NCBI GenBank assembly: GCA_963745835.1 | Contig: CAVUZH010000003.1 | Location: forward strand, 1,088,001-1,152,000 | Direction: 5' to 3' | DNA from: an uncultured delta proteobacterium | GTDB taxonomy: Bacteria; Desulfobacterota; Binatia; UBA9968 | DNA length: 64,000 bases | Shown: positions 19,624 through 29,359 of the stretch, piece after piece | Numbering within the stretch: the first letter of the stretch is position 1 | Layout: each line of letters opens with the position of its first letter | Made by a program: the position numbers and the translations under genes | Notes under the pieces: generated by a model | Databases searched by the model: none | What the model saw: the letters and a program-made list of their open reading frames with translations, nothing else | Told to the model about the DNA's origin: nothing

Positions 19624-20574
19624 GTGAAAATCCAGCTCGTCACTCCGGCGCCGTTGCGCTTTAACAACGGCAACAAGATTACCGCCCTGCGGTGGGCGAA
19701 AATCCTTAGAACCCTCGGACACCGCGTAACGGTTTTGCAGCATTACGACGATAAGCCCTGCGATGCGCTGATTGCACTTCATGCGAGACGGAGCTATCAG
19801 TCGATCCGCCGTTTTCGCAAACTTCATCCCGAATTACCCTTGATCGTCGTCCTAACCGGCACGGACCTCTATCGCGATATCCGCAGCCACCGCAGTGCTC
19901 AACGGTCGCTCACGCTGGCGACGCGGATTGTCGCGTTGCAGAAGATGGCATTTTCCGAATTATCCGAATCCTTGCATCCAAAAACTCGGGTGATCTATCA
20001 GTCAGCCGAGCGCTGTTTGAGCCGTAATTCAAAAAATCGAGGAGATGGATTCAAAGTCTCAGTTATCGGTCACCTGAGAAACGAGAAGGACCCGCTGCGA
20101 ACCGCATTGGCGATCCGCCGTTTGCCGAAGCACTCGCGGATCGAGGTACAGCATATCGGCCGGGCGTTGGATAAAGACCTCGAGCGCCGGGCGCGAGCCG
20201 AAATGGCGAGAAACCCACGCTATCGGTGGATCGGAGAGTTGGCGCATAAAAGGACCCGGCAGATTCTAGCGCAAAGCGATGTAACGGTTATCACCTCGCG
20301 CATGGAAGGAAGCTCGAATGTGTTATCCGAAGCGCTCGCCTGCGCCGTGCCGGTTATCGCTTCGAGAATACCCGGATTGATGGGAACCCTAGGAACCGAT
20401 TACCCGGGCTATTTTGCCACGGGCGACACGGGTTCACTGAGAGAAATTCTATTCCGAGCCGAAAGCGATCGGGCCTTTTACCGATCGTTGCAATCAATTT
20501 GCAAGAGCTTATCACCCGTGGTGGCGCCCAAGCGAGAAGTGGCTGCTTGGAAACAACTTCTACAAGAGCTGTAA
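19624..20574 (+). CDS. senB: Selenosugar synthase SenB (GT-B glycosyltransferase, TIGR04348-type)
   Basis: VTPA...NGNKITALRW, LIALHARRS, VLTGTDLYRDI, GHLRNEKDP, SRMEG..NVLSEA, GTLG.DYPGYF. Confidence 0.9.
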   Translation: MKIQLVTPAPLRFNNGNKITALRWAKILRTLGHRVTVLQHYDDKPCDALIALHARRSYQSIRRFRKLHPELPLIVVLTGTDLYRDIRSHRSAQRSLTLATRIVALQKMAFSELSESLHPKTRVIYQSAERCLSRNSKNRGDGFKVSVIGHLRNEKDPLRTALAIRRLPKHSRIEVQHIGRALDKDLERRARAEMARNPRYRWIGELAHKRTRQILAQSDVTVITSRMEGSSNVLSEALACAVPVIASRIPGLMGTLGTDYPGYFATGDTGSLREILFRAESDRAFYRSLQSICKSLSPVVAPKREVAAWKQLLQEL

Positions 20575-20585
20575 TCTTAAAGCTA

Positions 20586-21842
20586 TCAAGATTGCGAAGG
20601 CTCCTCGCGTATCCAGGGTTTCACCCAGGGCAAGAGCAGATAAGCGGGCATAGATAACAAAAAAGTTAAGGCGAAATAGTTGCCATAGCCATAATGCTCT
20701 GCGCCAAGCCCGCTAATCCCGCCGATCAAGCGTCCGGTCAGCGAGAAGATCGAAGAAAGAAAGGCATACTGCACGGTTGCATGCTCTTTTTGACAGATGT
20801 TCATGAGAAAGGCCAGGAATGCCGCCGTTCCCAGGCCGCCGCTAAACGACTCGAACATCGATGCGCTATAGAGGCCGTACCTTCCAAGACTTAACCATTC
20901 GACGGCCGAATAACCCAGATTGGAAAACGCCTGCAGTAAACCCAATAACCACACTGCATGAAAGATTCCGTAACGCGTGATAAAGGCGCCTCCGGCTAAT
21001 GCTCCAGCTATGCTGAGAACGATGCCAAAGCTGGTGGGAAACAGTCCGATTTGAAACATGAGATCTTCCTGCAGCGGCCAAATCGATTTACCGTAATCCA
21101 CCCAGAACGGTTTGACCATCGGGCCGATGGCAAACTCGCCCAGCTTATACGTCAACACGAAAGCCACAAGAGGAATTACCCGCCAAGTCCCGGCCCATCC
21201 GATAAAGCCTCGCCACCAATGCTGGCGCGCTTCCTCGGGCAGATGAAGCCGCGGAATCAGGAGCGCACACAATCCCAGAACAATGAATAGCGCTCCCGCC
21301 AGGTTGAATAAAAGGCTCCAGCGCAGCGCTGCGGCGAGAAACACCAGACCACCACCGACGAATACCAAAGCCACTCGGTAGGCGGAAGCGCGCACGCCGT
21401 TGGCGGGCCCCTCCTCCTCCCGAGCAATCAGCCCGACTGAATAAGAATCAATGGCAACGTCTTGCGTCGCCGACAAGGTCGTAAAAGCGAGTACCAGAAC
21501 GAGAACGAGCAAGCCGACACCGGCAACGTCTACCCACGGCAGCGCAAACAACATCGCTGCGATGCCGAGCATACAACCCAGTACCCACATGCGGCGATCG
21601 CCGTGTCGATGCACCAGCGGCGACCAGATTACTTTTAAAGAATACGGCAGTTCCAGCAGCCGCAAGCCGCCGATGGCGCGCAGCGAAACGCCGTGCAGCC
21701 GAAAGTAAACCGGCAGCACTTCCCAGAGAATAGCCGCGGGCGCGCCCTGAATGAAGTAGAGCAGCGCGACCACACCCAGTTTGTTCTTGGTTTCTGGCGC
21801 CGCCCGACTTACGCCGAGGCATTTCCACATCAGTTCCTGCAT
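20586..21842 (-). CDS. AmpG-like MFS transporter
   Basis: LYFIQGAP, LPYSLKVIWSPLV, SATQDVAIDSY, LTYKLGE, GLGTAAF, ATVQYAFLSS. Confidence 0.85.
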   Translation of the reverse strand: MQELMWKCLGVSRAAPETKNKLGVVALLYFIQGAPAAILWEVLPVYFRLHGVSLRAIGGLRLLELPYSLKVIWSPLVHRHGDRRMWVLGCMLGIAAMLFALPWVDVAGVGLLVLVLVLAFTTLSATQDVAIDSYSVGLIAREEEGPANGVRASAYRVALVFVGGGLVFLAAALRWSLLFNLAGALFIVLGLCALLIPRLHLPEEARQHWWRGFIGWAGTWRVIPLVAFVLTYKLGEFAIGPMVKPFWVDYGKSIWPLQEDLMFQIGLFPTSFGIVLSIAGALAGGAFITRYGIFHAVWLLGLLQAFSNLGYSAVEWLSLGRYGLYSASMFESFSGGLGTAAFLAFLMNICQKEHATVQYAFLSSIFSLTGRLIGGISGLGAEHYGYGNYFALTFLLSMPAYLLLPWVKPWIREEPSQS

Positions 21843-22089
21843 GTCGGTCCTAGGTTAAAAGCAATTACGGTTAGATTCCAACGTTTTCTCACTGTTTATG
21901 GCGGCGTGCCCGCTCATTGTAATGGCTGGGCTCAGTTTAATGAAGCGAAATACACGATTGCCGCGCCGGCCAGTGGGTGAACAGCATAGGCGCTTCACCA
22001 CGTACTATCGGCAAACCACATAATTTGCCCGCCTACGAATCCCCAAGGATCTCCCCGTACCCATTCCTTCATCGATACTTCGTTGTTTC

Positions 22090-22105
22090 GTTACATTGCC
22101 TTAAC
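22090..22105 (+). promoter_or_regulatory. Putative PHO-box-like half-site pair
   Basis: GTTAC at 22090 and TTAAC at 22101, 11-bp spacing, upstream of the 22268 gene. Confidence 0.4.
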
Positions 22106-22267
22106 AATCGCCGGGCTAGTATCGCCGCATCTCACGTGAGGAAAAGTGAAAGAAGCAAACAGGCAATGGCTCACGCCTTTTAGTAGCTAGAGCAGCATGG
22201 ATTGATGGCACTTTTGCGTTGCCCAGTCATTCGATCGAAGAGGAGAAACCCAACAAGAGGAGGTTTT

Positions 22268-22804
22268 ATGGAACGGATCGATTTAACCAAAACAATCAAG
22301 GAAGCGGCCGCCACATTCTGCCAGAACCGGATCGGCGATAAACCGCCGATCTCGGTCACGGTTCCCGCCATCAAGACCGATATTCTTTGGCCTGATCGCA
22401 AGCTTCAGGAACTCGTCAAGCTGTTCCTCTACGAAACGCTTCTAACCAATGATCCTGACGCCGAAGTTACGGTATCACTGCGGCGCCGATCACAGCTGAA
22501 AGATCTCAGCGAGTTTGTCGGCGTGCAACCTACATACTGGCTTCATCTACGTATTTCCGGCCGCGGTGTGAGACTCTCCGAATTTTTCATTGACGAGTTC
22601 TTTAGCGACATCGGCTACACGTGCGCGGAATGGGTCGGCGTTGCGGAATCGGAGACCCGCCTAGGAATATTCACGGCCGCCGGTAAGCCGGAGATAAAAA
22701 TAGTCTTCTGCCTGGACGATGGCCGCTTCAAGCGGAAATTCGATCTCCTGTTGCCGGTGCGCGAGCCGGTTGCGCTTTCACCCGACATCAATGTCAAACA
22801 TTGA
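22268..22804 (+). CDS. Hypothetical protein, possibly a degenerate HATPase_c-like domain
   Basis: Strong RBS GGAGG before ATG 22268; IDL..TIKEA, LQELV.LFL, VTVSL, LRISGRG echo a GHKL fold without N/G boxes. Confidence 0.6.
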   Translation: MERIDLTKTIKEAAATFCQNRIGDKPPISVTVPAIKTDILWPDRKLQELVKLFLYETLLTNDPDAEVTVSLRRRSQLKDLSEFVGVQPTYWLHLRISGRGVRLSEFFIDEFFSDIGYTCAEWVGVAESETRLGIFTAAGKPEIKIVFCLDDGRFKRKFDLLLPVREPVALSPDINVKH

Positions 22805-22899
22805 ACGCCAGCATTTAACCGAAACGTAGCGGTTCTGAGATACAGAGTTAATCTTCAGGTCGCATCATCTCACTAAAACTAAATGGGAGGGATATCATC

Positions 22900-23442
22900 A
22901 TGATGCGCCTAAAAAACATTTTATTGCCAACCGACTTTTCGCAACGTTCCAAACGATCCTTGCGCTATGCCCTGTCTCTGGCGACGGAATACAGCGCAAC
23001 GGTCACCGTGGTGCATGTGGCCAATGAGTTGAATTCCTGGGAGCTCTACTGCGATGAGTTCAGTTTCAGGATTCCAGGCGAAAGAGCCTGGCCCGTTGAC
23101 CGGGTAGTGGCGGAAGCACGCCTCGAGCTGAGCAATTTTCTTGAACCTTATAGCGATACGATCAAGAGACTTCCTGCGCTCTCCAAGCGCATAGGTTTAG
23201 GTCCGATTGCGGATGAAATCGTTAGTGCTGCGGAAGATCTGCAGGCCGATTTGATTGTCATGTCACCGCGCCGGCTTAGAGGTCTGAAACGGATTCTAAC
23301 CCCCAGCATCACCGATCAGGTTATGCGAATAAGTCCGTGTCCGGTTTTGTCTGTCATAGATCCCCTTCCCTCCCATCCATGGCGAGGGAAGGGGATAACT
23401 AGACTATGCGCCTGGCCAAAACCAAGGTTCGCCAGTGTTTGA
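22900..23442 (+). CDS. Universal stress protein (USP)
   Basis: KNILLPTDFS..S..SLRYALSLA, ADLIVM, SITDQV...SPCPVL. Confidence 0.9.
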   Translation: MMRLKNILLPTDFSQRSKRSLRYALSLATEYSATVTVVHVANELNSWELYCDEFSFRIPGERAWPVDRVVAEARLELSNFLEPYSDTIKRLPALSKRIGLGPIADEIVSAAEDLQADLIVMSPRRLRGLKRILTPSITDQVMRISPCPVLSVIDPLPSHPWRGKGITRLCAWPKPRFASV

Positions 23443-23459
23443 CCAAAACGGAGGAGAGC

Positions 23460-24047
23460 TTGCTCAACTATCATAACGGGCGGACGATCAGGCAGTCTCG
23501 TCGTTTCACTCTGGAGGAGGAGTTACTGCGATTATGGCAACACTTCGATGCGTTGACGTTCTTCAACCGGGTCATGGACCTGTTTTTCAAGCTACTGATC
23601 TTCTTCGTTGTCGTTGTTCTCGGTATGGGACTCGTCAGGCTGTTCTGGGAGACCTGGAGGATCATGGCAGTCAGCGAACTGAAAGACGCTTTCAGTTTTA
23701 CGGTCACCAACCTGCTGACATTTTTCATAATCCTGGAGCTGTTTAAAAGCCTGGTGGAATATTTTCGCGAGCACCGTCTTAGACTGACGTTTATTGTCGA
23801 TGCTACCTTGGTATTCATACTGCGCGAGGTCATGATCAGTCTCTACCAACATCAAAGCCCGCCACTGTTGATTACAGCGCTCGCGTTCCTGGCGCTCGTA
23901 CTCGGCGTGTTGCGGACTTTAGCGATTGTCTATTCCCCAATGGAACGAAATATGGTCGAGCATCTCGTCGAGAGTAAGCACCATGCGCAGCATTCCGAGG
24001 AGAAGATAGCCGGACGTTCGGAAACGGCGAGCCTTTTCGCCTTCTAA
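23460..24047 (+). CDS. Phosphate-starvation-inducible PsiE family membrane protein
   Basis: LLTFFIILELFKSLVEYFREH, FIVDATLVFILREV; RBS GGAGG before TTG 23460. Confidence 0.82.
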   Translation: MLNYHNGRTIRQSRRFTLEEELLRLWQHFDALTFFNRVMDLFFKLLIFFVVVVLGMGLVRLFWETWRIMAVSELKDAFSFTVTNLLTFFIILELFKSLVEYFREHRLRLTFIVDATLVFILREVMISLYQHQSPPLLITALAFLALVLGVLRTLAIVYSPMERNMVEHLVESKHHAQHSEEKIAGRSETASLFAF

Positions 24048-24439
24048 ATAACACGGAGAATAATAATGATGCCCGCGCCTTTTATCGAACTGGAAGTCCA
24101 ATATGTTGACAAAGCTTCATTTGATCGATCGTTGGCCGCGATGTCCAAGTTGGCACACGAGTTGATCGATCAACTGAATATCATTTGACTTTGCTTTGGA
24201 CCCGGCGATTTCCTACAGTTGGTACCGAGCCTCTCCAAACGTGTTTCGCGAAACAGTCATGAACTTAGCGGGGCCATGAAGAACACACGCTGCGGCACCT
24301 GTACTATAAAGAGCGGGCTTGAGCAGAATGGCTCTATTGCTTCAGATATAATCTTCGAGTTTAGCATGATCGCGTTAATTTGTTTGATTGTTCGCTCCCT
24401 AGAAGGAGAAGCCCTCCTAGGGAGCTTGCGTTTCTCGGA

Positions 24440-26395
24440 TTAGGTGCCGATCTGACCGCCATCATCCTTGGTAATCACAATACACGCCGAGCGCGGACGT
24501 CCGCCCGCATCCCCATCGGGCCACGAGCTGAACCGCTTCGGATTGGCCGGATCGTTGGGCGACTCGTCGGCAGTCTCGCCGGGGTGCTGAATGCCGACGA
24601 ACATGGTGCGTTCGTCAGGCGTGACGAATACGCCGGTAACCTCGCACTGCTGCGGGCCGACAAGAAAACGGCGGACCTCGCCGGTTTGCGGATTGGAGCA
24701 GAGCATCTGATTGTTGCCGAATCCGGCGTAGTCGCCGGTGTTGATGGTCGAGGTTGATACATCCGTCTGAATCCAGAGCCTGCCGCTCGGCGCCACGTAA
24801 ATACCGTCGGGGGAACCGAACTTGTCGCCTTCAACGTCCGAGCCGTGCGCCGGCACCGCCGGGTCACCGGCGAGCATGAAAATCTCCCACTCGAACGTCG
24901 GCTCGGTCCAGTCCTTTCGGTACTTCCACGTAACGATGTGACCGTACACGTTGTTGGGCCGCGGATTGATGGCATCCACCGGCGGGCGGGCCGAACCCGC
25001 CAGAGTGGTGCCATCCGGATTGTTTACCGAAACCGGAGTAGTGCCGCGCCGGTTGTTATTGGTAAGCGTGCCGATAGCAGTGAGCGCGTGGGGAAAAGTA
25101 TCGATCCACTCAGGGCGATCCATCATTGTGGCGCCGACCGCATCGGCCGCGCCTCGGGTATTGAGCAGAATGTCGTTCAGTGACCAAGCAGCCAGCGCCG
25201 GATTGGCCGGGGTCAGCGGCAGCCATTCGCCAAAGCCGCTGTCATGAAACTTGGCGACATAAAGAACCCCATCGTCAAGCGGATTGATCCCCTGCCGCCG
25301 CGCCCTGCGCCAGGGCAGGTTCGAGACATAACGATAGATGTACTCGTTGCGCTCGTCGTCGCCCATGTAAACGACGATTCTGCCGTCGTTCGCCTCTTGT
25401 ACCCAGGCGCCCTCGTGCTTTAAGCGCCCGAGCGCGGTGCGCTTAACCGGCGTCGATTTGGGATCGAACGGATCGATCTCGACCACCCAGCCAAACCGGT
25501 TCGGCTCGTTGGGCTCGAGATCGGCGTTGAATCTGGGATGGGTGGTGTGCCAGCGTAACCCCGAACTGGAGGGAGAGATGCCGTATCGCAATTCCAGCGG
25601 CGTCCTGTTGGGAAGAGTCTTTTGAAAGAAACCGTGGAAATTTTCCTCGCAGCTGAGAAAAGTTCCCCAGGGCGTAAAGCCCATGGCGCAGTTGTTCACC
25701 GTACCGAATACGATGCTGCCGGTCGGATCCGCGCTCGTTTTTAATCGCTCATCTCCGGCCGCCGGGCCGCCGATAGCAATCGGCGTCTGGGCGGTGATAC
25801 GCCGCCCGTATCTTGACGGACGTACCACTTGCCACTTGCCGCCTTGGTTGATGATCTCGATGATCGCGATACCATGGGCGTTGAGCGATTTGTTGGTCTT
25901 TTCTTCATTCCAGTTGGCGATGCCATCTGAAAACAGTAGTCCATCGTCGGTGTACTCATTGTTTTGCACGAGCAGGCCATGCGCCGATCCCCTGATTGGG
26001 AAGTACACCACGCCGTCATTGTGCATGCCCCATTGCTGCGCCTGGTCGGCAGCGCTGTTGCTGCCATCCTGCTTGAACTCCGGGCCATTGGAGACCGGAT
26101 CGCCCCATGCGACGAGAACTCGCGCGCTGTATCCCGGGGGCACTACGACGGTATCTGCATCAGAAACCGGCACGCCTCGAAAGCCCAGCAATGGTCGAAG
26201 CGAGCCCTGGCCGATATCTTGGGCCGAGGCCGGAACAGATCGCAGCAGAGCATTAACACCGCTGAAAGAAACTGCCGCAGCCGCAGCAAGACCGCCGCCG
26301 AGAAAGCCCCGTCGAGATAGGCGGGCTTCGACAATGTCTTGGAAACTCCGGTTGCCAGAATTGTTACTTACCTCATCGTCATCGATTTTAGCCAT
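24440..26395 (-). CDS. phoX: PhoX family alkaline phosphatase (Tat-exported)
   Basis: Tat motif SRRGFL; GMHNDG, NNEY, NCAMG.TPWGT.LSCEEN, ALGRLKHE, MDRPEW, SPDG, IQHPG. Confidence 0.95.
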   Translation of the reverse strand: MAKIDDDEVSNNSGNRSFQDIVEARLSRRGFLGGGLAAAAAVSFSGVNALLRSVPASAQDIGQGSLRPLLGFRGVPVSDADTVVVPPGYSARVLVAWGDPVSNGPEFKQDGSNSAADQAQQWGMHNDGVVYFPIRGSAHGLLVQNNEYTDDGLLFSDGIANWNEEKTNKSLNAHGIAIIEIINQGGKWQVVRPSRYGRRITAQTPIAIGGPAAGDERLKTSADPTGSIVFGTVNNCAMGFTPWGTFLSCEENFHGFFQKTLPNRTPLELRYGISPSSSGLRWHTTHPRFNADLEPNEPNRFGWVVEIDPFDPKSTPVKRTALGRLKHEGAWVQEANDGRIVVYMGDDERNEYIYRYVSNLPWRRARRQGINPLDDGVLYVAKFHDSGFGEWLPLTPANPALAAWSLNDILLNTRGAADAVGATMMDRPEWIDTFPHALTAIGTLTNNNRRGTTPVSVNNPDGTTLAGSARPPVDAINPRPNNVYGHIVTWKYRKDWTEPTFEWEIFMLAGDPAVPAHGSDVEGDKFGSPDGIYVAPSGRLWIQTDVSTSTINTGDYAGFGNNQMLCSNPQTGEVRRFLVGPQQCEVTGVFVTPDERTMFVGIQHPGETADESPNDPANPKRFSSWPDGDAGGRPRSACIVITKDDGGQIGT

Positions 26396-26599
26396 AGCCT
26401 CTCCTTTGTCGGATAGAATGGCTTTGGTTTTTATGCGCGAGAGGTTATGGCTTTGCTATGAAAGTATTAAATGTCGATGAACGTTCGCGTAAACAGACTG
26501 ACAGAATCACTGCCGTGTAGCGGTGCGGAAGAACGCGAGGTAATCTTACGAAGGCCTTAAGGCGAGGGAGATTTCGTCTTGGTTGAGATAAGACGGAGA

Positions 26600-27508
26600 C
26601 TACTTAACGGTCAATAACGCTTCTTTTGCTTCGTCGAGTTGCTTGAGTTCCTCTTTGCTTAGTTTTGGATACTTCAAATCGAGCGATGCGAGAAGGTCCA
26701 CCAGAGCAGCCGCAACGATGAGGTGAGTAAACCACTTGTTATCTGCCGGCACGATGTACCACGGCGCTTCTTCTGTCGCGGTGTGCCCAATCATGTCCTC
26801 GTATGCCTGCATGTAGTCGTCCCAGTGTTGGCGTTCATGGACGTCATTCACTGAAAACTTCCAGTTCTTCTCCGGTTCATCGATCCGCTTCAGGAACCGT
26901 TTTTTCTGCTCTTTCTTAGACAGATGCAGAAAGAATTTGCGAATAACTATACCGTTGCGCGTCAGATAGCGCTCAAACTTTCGAATATCCTGGAATCGCT
27001 CTTTCCAGATATTCTTGGTGACAAGTTCAGACGGGAGCTTCTGCTTCTCCAACAACTCCGGATGAATCCGAACGATAAGCGTTTCTTCGTAGTAGCTGCG
27101 ATTGAATAGCCCGATCATGCCCCGCTCCGGCAAACGTCTCGCGCAGCGCCACAGGTAATCGTGATCGAGATCCTCACTGCTTGGCGCTTTGAAGGAGTGA
27201 ACCTGACAGCCCTGGGGATTGACGCCTGACATGACATGCTTAATGGCGCTGTCCTTGCCTGCCGTATCCATCGCCTGAAAGATAGCCAGCACAGCCCAAC
27301 GGTTCTGTGCATAGAGTATCTCCTGGAACTTGGCCAACGCTTGAACTCCGGCGACTAGGTTTTCCTTAACCCGCGGTTTGTCCTCTGATTTAAAGTCGAG
27401 TGTGTCGGCAGGGTCAAAATCCTTGAGACGAAAACTCTGACGATCCGTGACCCGAAAGGCTTTGATCAGCTCTCTTGCGCTCTCTATTAGTGTATCTATT
27501 TCCATCAT
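26600..27508 (-). CDS. ppk2: Polyphosphate kinase 2 family protein (PPK2)
   Basis: FQAMDTAGKDSAIKHV, SFKAPS..DLDHDYLWR, FNRSYYE, KFFLHLSK.EQ, KNWKFS, APWYIVPADNKW. Confidence 0.93.
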   Translation of the reverse strand: MMEIDTLIESARELIKAFRVTDRQSFRLKDFDPADTLDFKSEDKPRVKENLVAGVQALAKFQEILYAQNRWAVLAIFQAMDTAGKDSAIKHVMSGVNPQGCQVHSFKAPSSEDLDHDYLWRCARRLPERGMIGLFNRSYYEETLIVRIHPELLEKQKLPSELVTKNIWKERFQDIRKFERYLTRNGIVIRKFFLHLSKKEQKKRFLKRIDEPEKNWKFSVNDVHERQHWDDYMQAYEDMIGHTATEEAPWYIVPADNKWFTHLIVAAALVDLLASLDLKYPKLSKEELKQLDEAKEALLTVK

Positions 27509-27899
27509 TCCGTCCTCGTTTAAGGTCTTAAAGCAGAAACTTTCACATGGTTGGTAGGGCTCTAATCGGTAATTCGTTTTACAAGCCGGCTGCTCGTAGA
27601 TCTACACTTCTCCCCGATCAGTGTTGATCGGAAGTTAAACTGCCCTTTTACCCGGAGGTTGCATTCGGAAGCGACATTCACGACGTGTTCAGTACATTGT
27701 TTGAGTAACACACTTATAAACATGGCGATACGCCACTCGACCGTTCGCCGACTGGATCACCTATTATCTCTGCTGCAAGAAACGGGAGCAGCCGCCATTG
27801 ATTGATCAACTCTCGCGAGGGCGCAATGATTCTCCAGCCTGCTTGGCTGGTGAACATGATGTCCAGTAGACGCCGTCCATGCACGGCATAAACCGGTTT

Positions 27900-28107
27900 T
27901 TCATGAGTACGATCCGCGGCTCCTGAGATGAAAGCGATCTTTTATGCCGCTGGACCATATTTCCAGCGAAAGACGATCAAGGAGGTGGAAAATATCGACG
28001 TTGCGCCGACCATTGCCGAGGTACTTGGCATCAATCCGCCGCAGGACGCGCAAGGAAGAAAGATTGACACCCGCGATAATGGCAATCGGGAATCCTTCTT
28101 TAGGTGA
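27900..28107 (+). pseudogene. C-terminal remnant of a nucleotide pyrophosphatase/phosphodiesterase (alkaline phosphatase superfamily)
   Basis: Manual translation HEYDP../PEMKAIFYAAGP...VENIDVAPTIAEVLGINPPQDAQG; no start codon, frameshifted. Confidence 0.7.
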
Positions 28108-28313
28108 GACAACGAGAGGACGGTTTGCGCTGCAGCGCACCTGACGAAAGACACCCTGCACAATATCTCCCGGATTTAGCGAAGCGCAGAGTCACCCGCG
28201 CATAACGGATAATTCCTATGCTTCCAGCTTGTGTCTAAGCGGCTTAGCACAATGGAGCTCGCAACAAAACTCAAGAACCGACCGCGAGCAGCGGCATGAT
28301 GCAAGAAGAACGC

Positions 28314-28850
28314 TTAAAACTCGTATAAGGTTGCCAATTGTCGCGTCAATCGCCTGCCTCTGTCGGATGAAAAATGCTCAATTTGCGGTGGGCACAAGGA
28401 GAGTACCGGACACGGAGCATTTGCGGTTACAACGTCGGAAATACTGCGTGCAAAAGTACGAGGCAAAACACCGCGTTTACGCTTCGCCATTACGATGCAA
28501 TCGGCTTCCTGTTGAACCGCCGCCACAACGATCTCCCGGGAAACCTTGCCGATGCTGGTGCGGATCGTCCAAGAGACGCCCGGAATGTTAGCCCTGAAAT
28601 GTGTCTGAACAAACATCTCCAATTCGGAAGTGGCAACCTTTAGGAGATGTTCCACGACAAGTTGTGAACGCCATTGTTCCACCGGTACTTCGTCAAGTCG
28701 GCAAGACGCCATTTTTTGCCATGGAAATTGGATGACATGAAGAAAAACCAGCTCCGCCTTGTGCTCTCGTCCTAATGAAAGAGCATAGGCCATTCCGGTT
28801 TTGGCATTTTCGGAACGATCGGTCGGGCAGAGGATTTTTTTGATTAACAT
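28314..28850 (-). CDS. Universal stress protein (USP)
   Basis: IKKILCPTD.SE.A..GMAYALSL, ADCIVM, SISDVV...APCPVL. Confidence 0.88.
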   Translation of the reverse strand: MLIKKILCPTDRSENAKTGMAYALSLGREHKAELVFLHVIQFPWQKMASCRLDEVPVEQWRSQLVVEHLLKVATSELEMFVQTHFRANIPGVSWTIRTSIGKVSREIVVAAVQQEADCIVMAKRKRGVLPRTFARSISDVVTANAPCPVLSLCPPQIEHFSSDRGRRLTRQLATLYEF

Positions 28851-29074
28851 AGTATTTCCCTTCTTCGTACAAGCAGACGTCTATAGGTTTGTAGGTCGCA
28901 TGCACATCGATCTCACAGCTCAATCGTAAGCAGTCTGCTGGAAGGAAGTTAAAGGAAAAAGTCAATATGATGAAGCTCTTGTAAAGCGACGAACTTTCCC
29001 CAAATCGGCTATGGACAAGCTGCGTGCTTATTATCTCAGCAGCACTGGAAGTAAAATAAAAGCCGCGGCAACCA

Positions 29075-29275
29075 TCAGTAATAACAATGATGCCGTATCG
29101 TACCTATCAAACCGCAGCCCTGATCTGCTGAACGCCGGCTCTTCTCCACCGTGGCAATAAGCTCATCGTAAATGCAGCGGTAGAACTCAACAACTTCCTT
29201 GGCATTTTTGCTTGTTACTCCGGTACCTATCCATGCAGCAGTCAATGCCTTGGCGGTTTCTGATGCATCAGCCAT
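29075..29275 (-). CDS. Small hypothetical protein
   Basis: ATG with upstream GGAG; helical-looking 66 aa (AKALTAAW...EVVEFYRCIYDEL); no family recognised. Confidence 0.5.
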   Translation of the reverse strand: MADASETAKALTAAWIGTGVTSKNAKEVVEFYRCIYDELIATVEKSRRSADQGCGLIGTIRHHCYY

Positions 29276-29359
29276 AAGACAATTCTCCGTTCAAATCCTG
29301 AGCTTGAGTAAATCAGAGTGCGAGGTGCAAGCAGAGAGCGTAACGAACTTTTAACATTC

